Source: Octopus vulgaris (taxonomy: Eukaryota). From it: 64,000 nt of DNA. The stretch is taken from contig OX597836.1 in assembly GCA_951406725.2 (NCBI GenBank), positions 37,262,001 through 37,326,000 on the forward strand, in the 5' to 3' direction. Within the stretch, counting starts at the first letter, position 1; the number at the start of each line of letters is the position of its first letter. Below the pieces are notes generated by a model that did not search any database, had not been told where the DNA came from, and saw nothing but the letters and a program-made list of their open reading frames with translations. A program made the position numbers and the translations under genes. Of this stretch, positions 1 to 12,417 are shown piece by piece.

Positions 1-90
1 TAAGAAATAAATATGTGCTGGGGAAAAGATGAGATTAACTCAATGACTAATATTAATTTAATCATATCAGGAATGACGGGATGCATATTT

Positions 91-126
91 GGCTACGTTT
101 CACTATTATTAGACCTCTTCAGAGAA
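91..126 (-). ncRNA. Degenerate minimal hammerhead ribozyme-like motif
   Basis: Minus strand reads CTGAAGA-ggt-cta-ataa-tag-t-GAAA-cg-TA. Core boxes are intact but stem I pairing is poor. Confidence 0.3.
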
Positions 127-573
127 ACATAGACTTCTCTATATTTGTCGAAGTAGTAAATTGAGAATGTTTCAGAAAATGAATTAAAAAATTTACAGTT
201 ATGGTAGACTAGAAGACGTATAAAATTTAGCATATTTATAAAATGCACAAATCCTTATAATAAATTAAGTCAGCTTTTAACAAAAATTCTTTGTATTGCA
301 AAATGATGTCTCGTTCATTAATTTCATTGTTACTGCTTCTTGTAATTATCATCTGCATTTCTATTAGTTACTCGGTTAAATTTTAGTGCAAGTTACACTT
401 CAGAAATGCGTTTAAATGTTTCAAAAAATAAGCTTTCATACGTTTATTCAAAATCAATATTGATTCAGTACAATTTCTGATATTTTTTTCATATCATCCG
501 TTTACGTAAATGTTCTTAAGTATAATTTGATTTTGTGCAAAAAATTAAAATATACAAAATCTATTTTGTCATC

Positions 574-712
<139 letters not shown>

Positions 713-1070
713 CGAATCGGTTCTTTGAGAAATCTAAAATTTTAGCAATCACCAGCCTACAGAGAGTTAAACGAAAAAAAAGCTACCTGTTGCATATATG
801 AACTCCATTGAACTTACAGCTTTTTGCAAGAACTTATTCATTTTGAAGCTAAAACTTGAAAAAAATGTGTTTGAAGAATTTTTTTTTCTTTTTTTCATCT
901 TAATTCTGTTATTCTATTATTCTTTAATTTCCTGCTGAACAAACAGCAAATGGAAATGAAATATTCATGAGATAGCAACCGGATTTCAGAATTTTTAAGG
1001 AAAGGTATAATCGATGATATTCACACCTTTTCTCAGTGGAACATTATCGTATTCTTTCTTGACGCTGTAA

Positions 1071-1275
1071 CTGATTTCAAATTTTGTTACAATGCCACCA
1101 ATATTTATCGGAGCCGAGAAAATCAATTACATCAAGCCTCCTGTTTAATTGGTACTTAAGTGACCGATCCCGAAAGGATTAAAAGCAAAGACGACCTCAG
1201 CTGCCTGTAAACTCAGAACATAAATATTCGGGAGAAACGTCACGAAGCATTTTCTCAGGCTCGAAAACGACTTTT
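1071..1275 (-). mobile_element. Diverged copy of SINE family C
   Basis: Contains a degenerate ggtactt..gatcccgaaaggattaaaagcaaagacgacctc...aactcagaac block shared with 1485-2045. Confidence 0.65.
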
Positions 1276-1484
1276 CCAGAGTTTTGTCTCATTAATAATA
1301 TTCATATTTTTTTTAATTTTAGAACAACACCGGCAATCTTTTAGAGGAAAAGCAGTTATTTGATTACATTGATCCTGTCCTTATGGGTATTTTATTTTAT
1401 CGTCCCTCGAGTGATGAAAAGTAAACTTGATGGAAAGAGCCGGAAGAAAAGCCGCTAAGCATAAAGTCCTGCACCGTAACGATT

Positions 1485-2045
1485 CCTATTTCTTTATTGC
1501 CCACAAGGGGCTAAACATAGAGGGGACAAACAAGGACAGACAAAGGAATTAAGTCGATTACATCTATCCCAGTGCGTAACTGGTACTTAATTTATCGACC
1601 CTGAGTGGATGAAAGGCAAAGTCGACCTCGGCGGAATTTGAACTCGAAACGTAACGGCAGACGAAATACCTATTTTTTTACTACCCACAAGGGGCTAAAC
1701 ATAGAGGGGACAAACAAGGACAGACAAACGAATTAAGTCGATTACATCGTAACTGGTATTTATTTAATCGACTCCGAAAGGATGAAAGGCAAAGTCGAAC
1801 TCGGCGGAATTTGAACTCTGAACGTAGCGGCAGACGAAATACCTATTTCTTTATTACCCACAAGGGGCTAAACACAGAGGGGAGAAACAAGGACCCAGGG
1901 GCGTAACGGTACCTAATTTACCGATCTCGAAATGATGAAAGGCAAAGTCGACCTCGGCAGAATTTGAACTCAGAACGTAACGGCAGACGAAAGACCGCTA
2001 ATCATTTCGCCTGACGTGCTAATGATTCTGCCAGCTCGCCGCCTT
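1485..2045 (-). mobile_element. tRNA-derived SINE family C, trimeric body (~180-bp unit x3)
   Basis: Head GGCGGCGAGCTGGCAGAA (A-box-like) and GAGTTCAAATTCC (B-box-like) on the minus strand. Central GCCTTTCATCCTTTCGGGGTCGATAAA..AGTACC block resembles the Meta/MESC SINE domain (from memory). More than 12 related copies occur in the window. Confidence 0.85.
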
Positions 2046-2463
2046 CTTGCCATTATAATCGCAGTGAAACTGTAACAGTTCTACTGGAAATTGTATCCAC
2101 ATAAAACATCGTTTACCAAATGCGATCTAAAATTAAAATATAGATATCAATAACGACGTATAATATGTTTTCATGAAAACTAATTATTAATTCAGTTCAG
2201 ATTTATTTGTTTAGTTTCATTTTAAATAAATTACCATAATTATGGATGATGCATTAAAAACTACTTTATAAATTATTCATGTTTATTACAAAAAGATAAT
2301 CAGGGCAAAATTGTGCTTAAAATAAACAATATACGAATGTGTGACTTTCTGTGATGATGTAGAGTTTACAAGGTTAGAACTTTTCAATTATTTAAGTTCG
2401 TATTGAGTGTTTTCCTTCAAATCCGTTCAGCTGGCGTGGAAGGCCACAGCATACAGTTGCCGA

Positions 2464-3030
2464 TTTATTTCTTTATTGCCCGCAAGGGGCTAAACATAGA
2501 GGGGACAAACAAAGACAAAGGGATTAAGTCGATTACATCGATCCCAGTGCGTAAATACTACTTAATTTATCGATCCCAAAAGGATGAAAGGCAAAGTCGA
2601 CCTCGGTGGAATTTGAACTCAGAACGTAGCGGCAGACGAAATACCTGTTTCTTTACTACCCACAAGCGGCTAAACACAGAGAGGACAAACATGGACAAAC
2701 AAACGGATTAAGTCGATTATATCGACCCTCAGTGCATAACTGGTACTTATTTAATCGAACCCGAAAGGATGAAAGGCAAAGTCGACTTCGGTGGAATTTG
2801 AACTCAGAACGTAGCGGCAGACGAAATACCTGTTTCTTTACTACCCACAAGGGGCTAAACACAGAGAGAACAAACAAGGACAGACAAAGGGATTAAGTCG
2901 ATTATATCGACACCAGTGCGTAACTGGTACTTATTTAATCGACCCCGAAAGGATGAACGGCAAAGTCGACCTAGGCGAAATTTGAACTCAGAATGTATAG
3001 ACGGAAGAAATGTCGTTAAGCATTTCGCCC
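2464..3030 (-). mobile_element. SINE family C, trimeric body, 5'-truncated
   Basis: Three tandem ~180-bp units near-identical to 1485-2045. Confidence 0.85.
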
Positions 3031-3057
3031 TTAGTTCTAACAATAAATCAATGTACA

Positions 3058-3549
3058 CATTGGTTTAAAATTTTGGCACAAGGCTAGCAGTTGTGGGCGA
3101 GGGGCTAAGCTGATTATATTGATCCAAGTGCTCAACTGGTACTTAACTTATATTGATCCAAGTGCTCAACTGGTACTTAATTTATATTGATCCAAGTGCT
3201 CAACTGGTACTTAATTTATATTGATCCAAGTGCTCAACTGATACTTAATTTATATTGATCCAAGTGCTCAGCTGGTACTTAATTTATATTGATCCAAGTG
3301 CTCACCTAGTACTTAATTTATATTGATCCATGTGCTCAACTGGTACTTAATTTATATTGATCCAAGTGCTCAACTGGTACTTAATTTATATTGATCCAAG
3401 TGCTCAACTGGTACTTAATTTATCGACCCCGAAAGGATAAAAGGCAAAAATCTACCACGGCGGAATTTGAACTCAGAACGTAATGATGGACCAAATGCTA
3501 TTAAATGTTTCGCCCGGCCTACCAACGATTCTTCCAGCCCGCCGCCTTA
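3058..3549 (-). mobile_element. SINE family C monomer containing an internal minisatellite
   Basis: Head at ~3549 and tail ttttggcacaaggc at ~3070, with the internal segment amplified. Confidence 0.8.
3115..3423. repeat. 34-bp minisatellite, 9 copies (TATTGATCCAAGTGCTCAACTGGTACTTAATTTA)
   Basis: GATCC recurs at 3121, 3155, 3189, 3223, 3257, 3291, 3325, 3359 and 3393, with no spacers. Confidence 0.95.
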
Positions 3550-3616
3550 AAATCAATATGCATGTTAACTGATGGTGGTCAATATCGGGAATTATGTAGT
3601 GAACTGCAACAGATTA

Positions 3617-3767
3617 CTTAGCGGTTTGGCAAAAGGGACCAATAAAATAAGTACTGGGCTTACAAAAGAATAAGTCCCAGGGTCGAGTTGCTCGATTAAA
3701 GGCGATGCTCCAGCATGGCCGCAGTCAAATGACTGAAACAAGTAAAAGAGTAAAAGAGTAAAAGAGA
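3617..3767 (+). mobile_element. 3' half of SINE family B
   Basis: ttagcggtttggcaaaa...ccagcatggccgcagtcaaatgactgaaacaag(taaaagag)n, same as the 3' end of 37504-37881. Confidence 0.85.
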
Positions 3768-3933
3768 TTGGATAGCTTCGTACACTGTGGATTTTGGGTA
3801 GGGCTGAAGTTTCAGGACGAAACCATCCCCAATCTTTTTACTAGATAAAAAGGAAAATGTTTTCCACTCAGACGATGGATCAGACTGGAAAGCTGAGCAG
3901 GAAACGAATTGTTTGAAGCGTAAAGCAATTGGT

Positions 3934-4297
3934 TGGAAGCACTCCGTCGGTTACGACGACGAGGGTTCCGGTTGATCCGATCAACGGAACAGCCTGCTCG
4001 TGAAATTAACGTGTAAGTGGCTGAGCACTCCACAGACACGTGTACCCTTAACGTAGTTCTCGGGGATATTCAGCGTGACACAAAGAGTGACAAGGCCGGC
4101 CCCTTTGAAATACAGGTACAACAGAAACAGGAAGTAAGAGTGAGAGAAAGTTGTGGTGAAAGAGTACAGCAGGGATCACCACCATCCCCTGCCGGAGCCT
4201 CGTGGAGCTTTAGGTGTTTTCGCTCAATAAACACTCATTACGCCGGGTCTGGGAATCGAAACCGCGAGTCCGCTGCCCTAACCACTGGGCCATTGCG
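3934..4297 (-). mobile_element. tRNA-derived SINE family A, near full length
   Basis: Reverse complement of 59712-60093, with A box TGGCCCAGTGG and B box GGTTTCGATTCC. Confidence 0.9.
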
Positions 4298-5129
4298 TAA
4301 AACAATATAAGTAAGAACTATCGATGTCAGATATTGTCTGGTGTTGGGATGACAGGTGCATTTATTGCTCAGCTACCGCTTATTACAACCATATAAGCAT
4401 GAAGAGCAAACGAGGATGTCTCTATGTGGTCACTCGACTTACTAAACATAGCAATCAAGTCTCTTGCAAATCACATTGTACACTTTTAGAAATAGGCAAG
4501 TTGGATAATGCAAACTTACTAGACATAGCAGTCGAATCTCTTTAAAATCACATCGTAGAGATTTTTAAAGTCATTTTGGATAATGTAGATTTTTTATATA
4601 TACAAGCCAAATCTCTTTCAAATCTCTTTGTGCTCTTTTAGAATTAGACATCGGATAATGTCGGTCTTCCTAACGAAACAGCCACGTCTCTATTTCAAAT
4701 TACGTCGTACAGGCTTAGAATTAGGTACGTTGTATAACATATTCCTGGATTCCCTGAACATACTAAAAAAAGTAGAATGATCACAATGGCTACATGCTTT
4801 AATAATACAGTACTTTGATCCATAAATACAACATGAAGATATATTGTGAAGCCCATTCTTAACACTGTGTGAAACATGTGTGTGATCAGTGAACATACTA
4901 ATAGGTTTTAGTATTTAATTCTCTTTAAACACGAAACTTGTAGCTTAAGACATTTGTGCGAATTCATAGCATGGTTTTCATAGAAACGTTTTAATATTCT
5001 ATTTTCGTTCGTTGTAAATTAAAGTCCAAGAAAGTAATTAATTGTAAATTATGCTTCTGTTTTCCACTTTATATGATAATAAGGAATACTACCGGGATAA
5101 AAACAAATGATTGTTTTTATATTTTTAAT

Positions 5130-5420
5130 TACTCAGTATTTTGAATGGCAACTGGAAAGTAAGATTAGGTTGGAAACCAACAAAATTCCTCTCCCAGTAA
5201 CATTTATTATTCCCAGAGTATAAGATTCGAAGATGTTTCGCTCAATCATGAATACGAAATAGTGTCTTCTCTTAAAATAGGGTGTATAAACGTGCGCAGC
5301 TAGGGTTCGGTAAGGAAGCAAGCTTGATACCGTGACGATCTCAGGTCGCAGAGATTGGATATTGCTACAGAAACAAGACTGAGTAGAAAAGAGCAACTAA
5401 AAGAAAGACGGAAATTATTC
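5130..5420 (+). pseudogene. Non-LTR retrotransposon APE-endonuclease N-terminus remnant
   Basis: Manual translation from ~5265 gives SLKIGCINVRS*...LRSQRLDIATETRL, matching the xNVxG...xETxL motifs of LINE endonucleases. Stop codons are present. Confidence 0.5.
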
Positions 5421-5479
5421 AGGGACACCTTCTGCATGAAAAACGAATAGAAATATCTGAGATAACTTATCATTCTTCA

Positions 5480-6270
5480 GCTAAAGCACTCTCCAGTAGT
5501 AATGTTGGTAGAGGATATCAACTCCTTGTTTTTCTAAAATACACCATAAATGTTCAATAATATTGAGATCTGGGGACTGTGGTGGTTAGATAAGATGTCC
5601 AACTTCACTAGAATATTTCTCATGCCATTTAGTAACAAAATTTAGCTGTGTGAATTGGTGCATTTTCATCCTGAAAGATTGCGTTTCCCTTCGGAAAGTT
5701 CTGCAACTGTAGGTTGACTTTGATCAGATAAAATGCTTAAATAGTCTTCACTATTAATTCTGCCACGAAGAGAAACCATTTGGCCGGCGGATTTGCAAGA
5801 TATAGCACCCACCACCACCACATTATCACAGATCCTCCTCCATGTTTAACAGTTAAAAAAAGTCAGTCTGGGTCAAGTGTTTCTTTTCTCTGTATTCACA
5901 CGTATACTTGACCGGTGATTGGGTTTTACTATAGATTTCTACTCCACTCTAAATGCTTTGCAACGTTTCGTTTTGAAAGTTGTGGTTTTCTGATTGTATC
6001 TCTCCCGTGAAATCTGGCTTTGTGCAGAAACTGGGTTCCCGAGGTGGTCATTAAGCTCTGCAATAATTTTGGTAGCTATACTTTAGTGATGCTTTCTAAC
6101 AATTCGCGTAAGAGTCCGACGATCCCTTTCTGAAAGTTTTGGTATTTTTCCGGAGTTTCGTTTCGAAGAGAAGGTGTTTCTCTCTTTCTCAAAGCTGTCA
6201 TTATTTTCGAGACAATAATTCTTGATACACCAAACATTTTTGCTTTTTGTCTTCTCCATTCATGGATGAA
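5480..6270 (-). mobile_element. Decayed Tc1-family transposase
   Basis: Minus-strand translation gives TVKHGGGSVIM..GAISCKSAG...GRINSEDYLSIL...FQDENAPIHTAK, with frameshifts. A related copy lies at 56667-56980. Confidence 0.85.
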
Positions 6271-6289
6271 GTAATGGATAATAGTGCAA

Positions 6290-6838
6290 GTAGGCAGTTA
6301 TGCTACAGTGAGTAGAAAAAGCCTGTCAGCAGAGCTACTGCTAGTCTGTGAAATAGAGGTTAAAGACAAGAATTTCAAGAAGTGTAACGACTCGTTGGAA
6401 AAGGAGGGAGACTGTCTTAGGCTGACGCCTCCCAAATAAGTTATTGAGAATACCGAGAAAAGAACTATCATCTACAGAACGTTAAACATAGCAACGAAGA
6501 AAGTAGAAATAGCAGCGACGGAAGCGGTAGAGGAGTGTTTGGGAGGAGAGGTGAAGGAATGTACCACGTTCTACACCAGAAGACGGAAGTTCGGCACGGT
6601 AGAGGTGCGCTTTGTAAAAGAAAATGAAGCAAAGAAATACTCCACTGTGGCATTGAGATCAGCTGAGTAGGCACTACCGCCTACTTACTGTGACAAACGT
6701 GCGGCTAGGGTAAGGATGAGTAGAGTTCCCCCTGAAATTGACGAGGCATGCTGGTGGCAGCCATACTCTACCATACGGAGGAAGATGAGGAGGTTTTGAA
6801 AGTGTCCAAAACTACGGAGGTGAACTGGTGGGGATGTG
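6290..6838 (+). pseudogene. Probable decayed non-LTR retrotransposon ORF1 fragment
   Basis: GC-richer coding-like segment (RRKFGTVEVRF...ARVRMSRVPPEIDEA) with stops. The assignment is inference from context next to the APE remnant. Confidence 0.35.
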
Positions 6839-7418
6839 TATATATATACGTAAATGTAGAACGATGAAATGAGAGCTCATCACCGCGTTCGTGGATATTT
6901 TCTTTATTTGTGAATTATGGCTAAATTGTTTTCATGTTAAGAATAGTAGGAAAATATCCAAATATCTTAATTTTTCAAGCCGATGACATGGTGAAAGGAT
7001 TTCACCTCCATTTCGTTTAGTTCACGGGACATCTCGGAAATTCGTGTAAATGAAACGATGAAACAATGAATCGAAAGATGTTTCTTTAGAAGGCATTCTA
7101 CAACCAAACATACATAAACTCTAAGGGTATATTTTTCCCTCTGAAGAGATTATGGTCAGAAATATGAATTTAATTTTTAATTAATTTCACAGTGTATATT
7201 TGAAACAGCTGTAAGGGATAATGATCGATTTCTTGCTGATCATAAACTCTTATTAACTTCAAAATCTCCAATTTCTATTGAAATCTCCGCATGAATATAA
7301 ACTACAGTTTATATACAAACCTATTATTTTAAGGAAATCTATTCTCTCAAAATTTTAGGTATTGAACTAGTATTTTCTTGAAAGACATGAGGCTAAAATA
7401 ACCTCAAACTGAATTCTA

Positions 7419-7571
7419 TATGTGTATGTATGTAAATGTATGTATGTATGTATGTACGTATGTATGCATGCATGCGTGTATGTATGTTTGTATGTATGTA
7501 TGTATGTATGCATGTATGTATGTATTTATGTATGTATGTATGTATGTATATATACATATATATATATATAT

Positions 7572-7617
<46 letters not shown>
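7419..7617. repeat. (TATG)n/(TA)n/(TG)n microsatellite
   Basis: Directly visible; source of spurious ORFs. Confidence 0.95.
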
Positions 7618-7619
<2 letters not shown>

Positions 7620-7710
7620 ATAGGGACAGGTTACAAAAAAATCAAAAGACGAAAACAGGTGGTGTACAAAACAAACAGATGTTAGTTTAACGCTCAGGAA
7701 TAGAAAAAGT

Positions 7711-7746
7711 CTTTTGCGTTTCGAGCCTACGCTCTTCTACAGAAAG
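7711..7746 (-). ncRNA. Degenerate minimal hammerhead motif in a short Penelope-like terminal repeat
   Basis: Minus strand reads cttt-CTGtAGA-a-gagc-gtag-gctc-GAAA-cg-cA-aaag. Stems I and II pair, but the core has A6>U and U16.1>C. Confidence 0.5.
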
Positions 7747-8501
7747 GGATGCAGAAAAAACAAGGAGAGAAACAAGAAGAGAAAAGAATGTGTGTAGTGG
7801 CTAACGATCAATATATATGTATATATATATACATATATATATATATAGAGAGAGAGTGGGGAGAAGGGGAGACAAACAGAAAGTCTTATATATTTTATTG
7901 GTTATCGCGTGGGATCATGTGTATCCGTTTTCGTGTGTATATTTGTGTGTATTGCACATATGTATGGTTGAAAATGTGAGTAATTGTGCCTCTTCTTGTT
8001 TACTATTATATACTTTGAGCTGACATTCAAAGTAGAATATCAATTTCAGTTTTCACTCAACGGATATCTAGTCGGAAGATTTTTGAAATATCGTAATCCC
8101 AGGCAGGGAAATATGAAAACTTTTTTTTGACAGACAGACATGTCTAGGTCCATTACAACAGCAGAAATGTAATTCCACTTTGGAGAATTTCAAGAGCAGT
8201 TAGTATTCTTCATCCATTACTACAGATTATAGAAGATACATAAATACTAATATAAAGTCACATGCTTTTAAGGATCATTTCTTAAGTATGATACGCGACG
8301 ACGCTGCTAATATATTTAGATATATAATGATATGTAGAAGCACATAAAATATAAATAAATATACATATATATGTGTAGATAGAGAGAGGGGGAGATATAT
8401 CCATTGATACATATATACTTACATGTATATACATATTTATATATGTGTGTGAGTGTGTGTCTAAGTACGTATATATTCATATATATGTACATATACACGT
8501 A

Positions 8502-8560
<59 letters not shown>

Positions 8561-8812
8561 TGATAGAGAGAGAGGGGAGATATATCCATTGATACATGTA
8601 TATACATATTTACATATATATGTGTATGTGAGTGTGTGTATATGTACATATATATTCATATATATGAGCATATATATGTATGTATTCATTTAGCTGTCCA
8701 TCTACACCTATCTATATATATATATGTATATTTATGCATATATGTCTATGCACATGTATATATGTGTATCTATATATCTATCTATCTATCTATATGTATG
8801 TGTGTATGTAAG

Positions 8813-8843
<31 letters not shown>

Positions 8844-9175
8844 TGTGTGTGTATGTGTGTGTGCGCGCCACTCTGATATAGTTCTGATGCTTTTACTTCA
8901 GATAATTTACTTCAAACATATATCCATCTTTTTGTGTCCAGATACACACACACACACACACGCACACACACACACTCACACACAGACACACATATACATA
9001 TACACACGTATTTACTTCAATTGCAAGTTTCGAAGTAAGTAGAATGCTTTCAATCTTAATACTCAACACATTATACTATAAGTTGACTCTAAAACAGTAC
9101 ACACAAGTACACACTCATATACATACACGCATGCAGGCATACATACATACATTCATATATATACGTATGCACGTG

Positions 9176-9212
<37 letters not shown>

Positions 9213-9410
9213 TGTTTATTTTATATACGTATGTACGTATATATTATATATATATTATATTGTTATATATATATATATATATATTGTTTATTTTGTTTAT
9301 CGCTCGCATATAACCATTATTTAAAAGGACCAATGAAACAAAACCATTTTTAGAAGAGTATCGTTTAGCTGGTTTTGATCAAATTGTTATCTCGGTTCTA
9401 TTTTAACAAA

Positions 9411-9450
9411 ACTGTCCGACGAACGGGAACGTGAAACTCCGAGTAGCAGC
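9411..9450 (+). ncRNA. Type I hammerhead motif (U4C core variant)
   Basis: ctgt-CcGACGA-acg-ggaa-cgt-GAAA-ctc-c-gag-TA-gcag; all three stems pair. Confidence 0.6.
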
Positions 9451-9691
9451 TTAAGGCGATGGCCGCATGGAGCTAATCAGCGACAGCTTTAGGACTTATA
9501 TCTATAAGACTGCCATATTAATATGGCGATAACAATTAATTTCCAGTAACGCTGCCGTAATCTCTTTTAGAGAGACTTAGTAATTTTAATATTTCTATCA
9601 TTGAAAACAAGTGGATGTATTCCACCGAAACTAGGTAAATAAAGTCTTCGAACAGAGACGATCAGTAGCGACACCTGCTGGATCTGACTAC

Positions 9692-9734
9692 GCTACATTG
9701 ATAAAGGGCAACTACCCTGAAACGCGTCTGTAGC
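9692..9734 (+). ncRNA. Type I hammerhead ribozyme, U3-A8 covariant core
   Basis: gctaca-TTGATAA-aggg-caacta-ccct-GAAA-cgcg-TC-tgtagc: 6-bp stem I, 4-bp stem II, palindromic stem III, GUC site. Confidence 0.8.
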
Positions 9735-9902
9735 TGTCTGACTGGCAGTGTGAAGCGGCTGACCTCCCTTGTTCGAAGGTTATAATGGACGCAGTTTGTG
9801 TGTCAAATAGCTAGCTTAAGGCGATGGCCTTATGGAGATAATCAGCGACAGCTTTAGTCTTATATCTATAAGACTGCCATATTAATATGGCGATAACAAT
9901 TA

Positions 9903-9936
<34 letters not shown>

Positions 9937-10969
9937 TTGTATGTTTTGCTTTATGTATTTCTTCCCATGCATATTTTACACATATATACATGAATGATAG
10001 ACTTCTGGAAAGTTTCACAGATTTTTACAGTTCCAGTGATGGCTTGGATATGTAGTATTCGAATCAGCTTTCTTATTTCTACTTTTGGGAAGCCAAATTT
10101 CTCAAAATTTCTATTTAGGGACCAATAATTACGGGTATAGTCCTGAACTTGTAATCTGGATAGAGTAACTATAGATTTCTCTATATTTGTATGAATGTAT
10201 CTATGTATGTATCAACGTACGGATGTATATATGTATATATGCATGTAAGCATGTATATATGTATGCATGCATAAATGTATGCATATATGTATGCATGTAT
10301 TTATGCATGTATTTACGTATGCATACATGTATGTATGTTTGTATGTACGATGTAAGCATGTATGTATGCATGCATGCATGTATGTACGTAAGTATGTATG
10401 TATATGTGTATGTAATTGTACATTTGTGCGTGACGTTTGTGTTTCTCCCCACCATCGAGAGACAAAATGTGCTGCTTTATTTAAACCCCCATAATTTAAC
10501 GGTTCAGCAGAAGACACTGATAAAATATTTGCCAGGTTTTCAAAAATAATAATTAATTCGATTCAACCCTTCAAGGCGGTGACCCAGCGTGGCCGCAGTC
10601 CAATGGCTAAAACAAGTATAATATAAAGACGAGCTATATGTACTACCACACAAGCTACGGTATTACATATTCTAAATTTGGAACTATACAGAGATGGTTA
10701 GCCTTCCATATTTTTTAATGGCCGCAGCTCTCGGGTCATAACTAATTAAAGAGATAAAACACATATATGTGTGTGTGTTCGTGTGTGTGTGTGCGTACGT
10801 GCGTGTGTGTGTACGTACGTGCGTGTGTTTATGCGTGTAAGTGTGAATGAAAATTATTGTAAATCAAAACTGCCGTAATACACACCAACCTCGTCCGGAT
10901 CGCCTTCATCCCATTGAAAATAATAACAATTCAAGTAAAATAATTTCGAGTTTCTCGCCACAGAATGGG

Positions 10970-11640
10970 CCATTGCACAAATTTGTAAATTACTTTACTA
11001 AAGCACTGATTATATGGTTTCCCCTTTAGGAATTAGCTTCGTACGTATGAATGAACGCAAAGCCATTGACGAACGAGGATTATGGGAAGTAAAGGCTGCG
11101 GACTATAACGTCTGATTCAATCATTACGCCATTAAACAGATATTCTCCCATCTCAAGCGACAACTTGGAAAATAATTCGAAAGATAGATATCTCTAAGTT
11201 CGATATGTATTCCGATTAGTGATAATGTGTTCGACAAAAGCAGCATAAAAGTGAAAGAAATACAATTATAACAGGCAAATCTTACAACGAAATTAAGTTA
11301 TGTCTCTTCTGACAATCAACGCTTCCCAAAGTCTTCATCTAAAACAGACTACATTGATAAAATCATATCATGCTTGGTCACTTGTGATGGTGTCTTCAAG
11401 ACAAAATTGGAATCTTCAAGACAGAATTGTTCAAATATAAAACTTCAGAAACGAGAAACCAAGGAATTTCGCGGTGCAATATATTTGCGCTTGGCAAATT
11501 ATTTTTGTGCTTGTTCTCTATCGAATACATCAGCTTTATTGCTTGCACAATAACTGCATCATCTCGGTTGTCACTTTTATTAACTTTTAATAAATGAATG
11601 GTGCTCTTTAGAATATATTCTCAAGTTTCTTTTGATCCAA
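10970..11640 (+). repeat. Copy 1 of a diverged ~670-bp direct duplication
   Basis: Collinear with 12866-13514, sharing the anchors ccattgcacaaat, ttaggaattagcttc, ctgacaatcaacgcttcccaaa, cttcagaaacgagaaaccaaggaat and tttgatccaa. Confidence 0.85.
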
Positions 11641-11663
11641 AGAGATTGTCTTAATATATCAGC

Positions 11664-11750
<87 letters not shown>

Positions 11751-11756
11751 TGTAAT

Positions 11757-11833
11757 TATTATTTGAGGGAATATAAATCCCAAATTACAGAGAAAAAAAT
11801 TCAATTTAGAAATACTAAATCAAATTTCACACA

Positions 11834-11875
<42 letters not shown>

Positions 11876-12010
11876 GAAAAAAACACCTTTCATCAATTCA
11901 AAATGAACAATTAAATTACACCATGTAGAAAATTATATATAATCGAAATATTAAAATTAAAATAACAATAAAATTTCAATGAGTAAGTAAATTGCAAAAC
12001 AATAATAAAA
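11757..12010. mobile_element. AT-rich interspersed repeat fragment (Penelope-like terminus?)
   Basis: Nearly the same sequence occurs at 27821-28063, and both sit at microsatellites. Confidence 0.6.
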
Positions 12011-12031
12011 ACGTATATATATATATAAATA

Positions 12032-12120
<89 letters not shown>

Positions 12121-12252
12121 AAAATAGTAAAGTGTGAAAAAACGACAGAAGGCTTAAATGTTAAAAGATATATATATTTGTGTCAAAATGTCTGGAGAAT
12201 ATTGGAAAAATTTTTTTCCTTTCCTTAAAATGACATAATTTTTAAATTTTTA

Positions 12253-12292
12253 AAGAAATTACCGGTTTCGCGTGTAGCTTTTCAAATTTCTT
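12253..12292 (-). ncRNA. Type I hammerhead ribozyme, U3-A8 covariant core (minus-strand copy)
   Basis: Exact reverse complement of 12418-12457. Confidence 0.75.
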
Positions 12293-12417
12293 GTGACATT
12301 ATGTTTAAGCGATTATCTCCCCTACACCGGAAAAAATCACTCACTACCTCCCCTTATTTAGAAATCTCCTGGAAATAAAAACAACGATAAATCCATGCAA
12401 TATAAACATAATGTCAC

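Larger units (their letters stand above)
9310..9904 (+). mobile_element. Retrozyme/Penelope-like non-autonomous element with 92-bp direct repeats
   Basis: Direct repeats at 9448-9540 and 9813-9904 (period 365 bp), two to three hammerhead motifs, and TA-rich microsatellite flanks. Confidence 0.65.

Noticed and set aside
3115-3423. CRISPR-like array of 34-bp repeats
   Set aside because: Repeats are contiguous with no unique spacers, derive from a SINE, and the context is eukaryotic with no cas genes.
7141-7170. CTGAAGA...GAAA hammerhead candidate
   Set aside because: No UH cleavage site and no stem I; compatible with chance.
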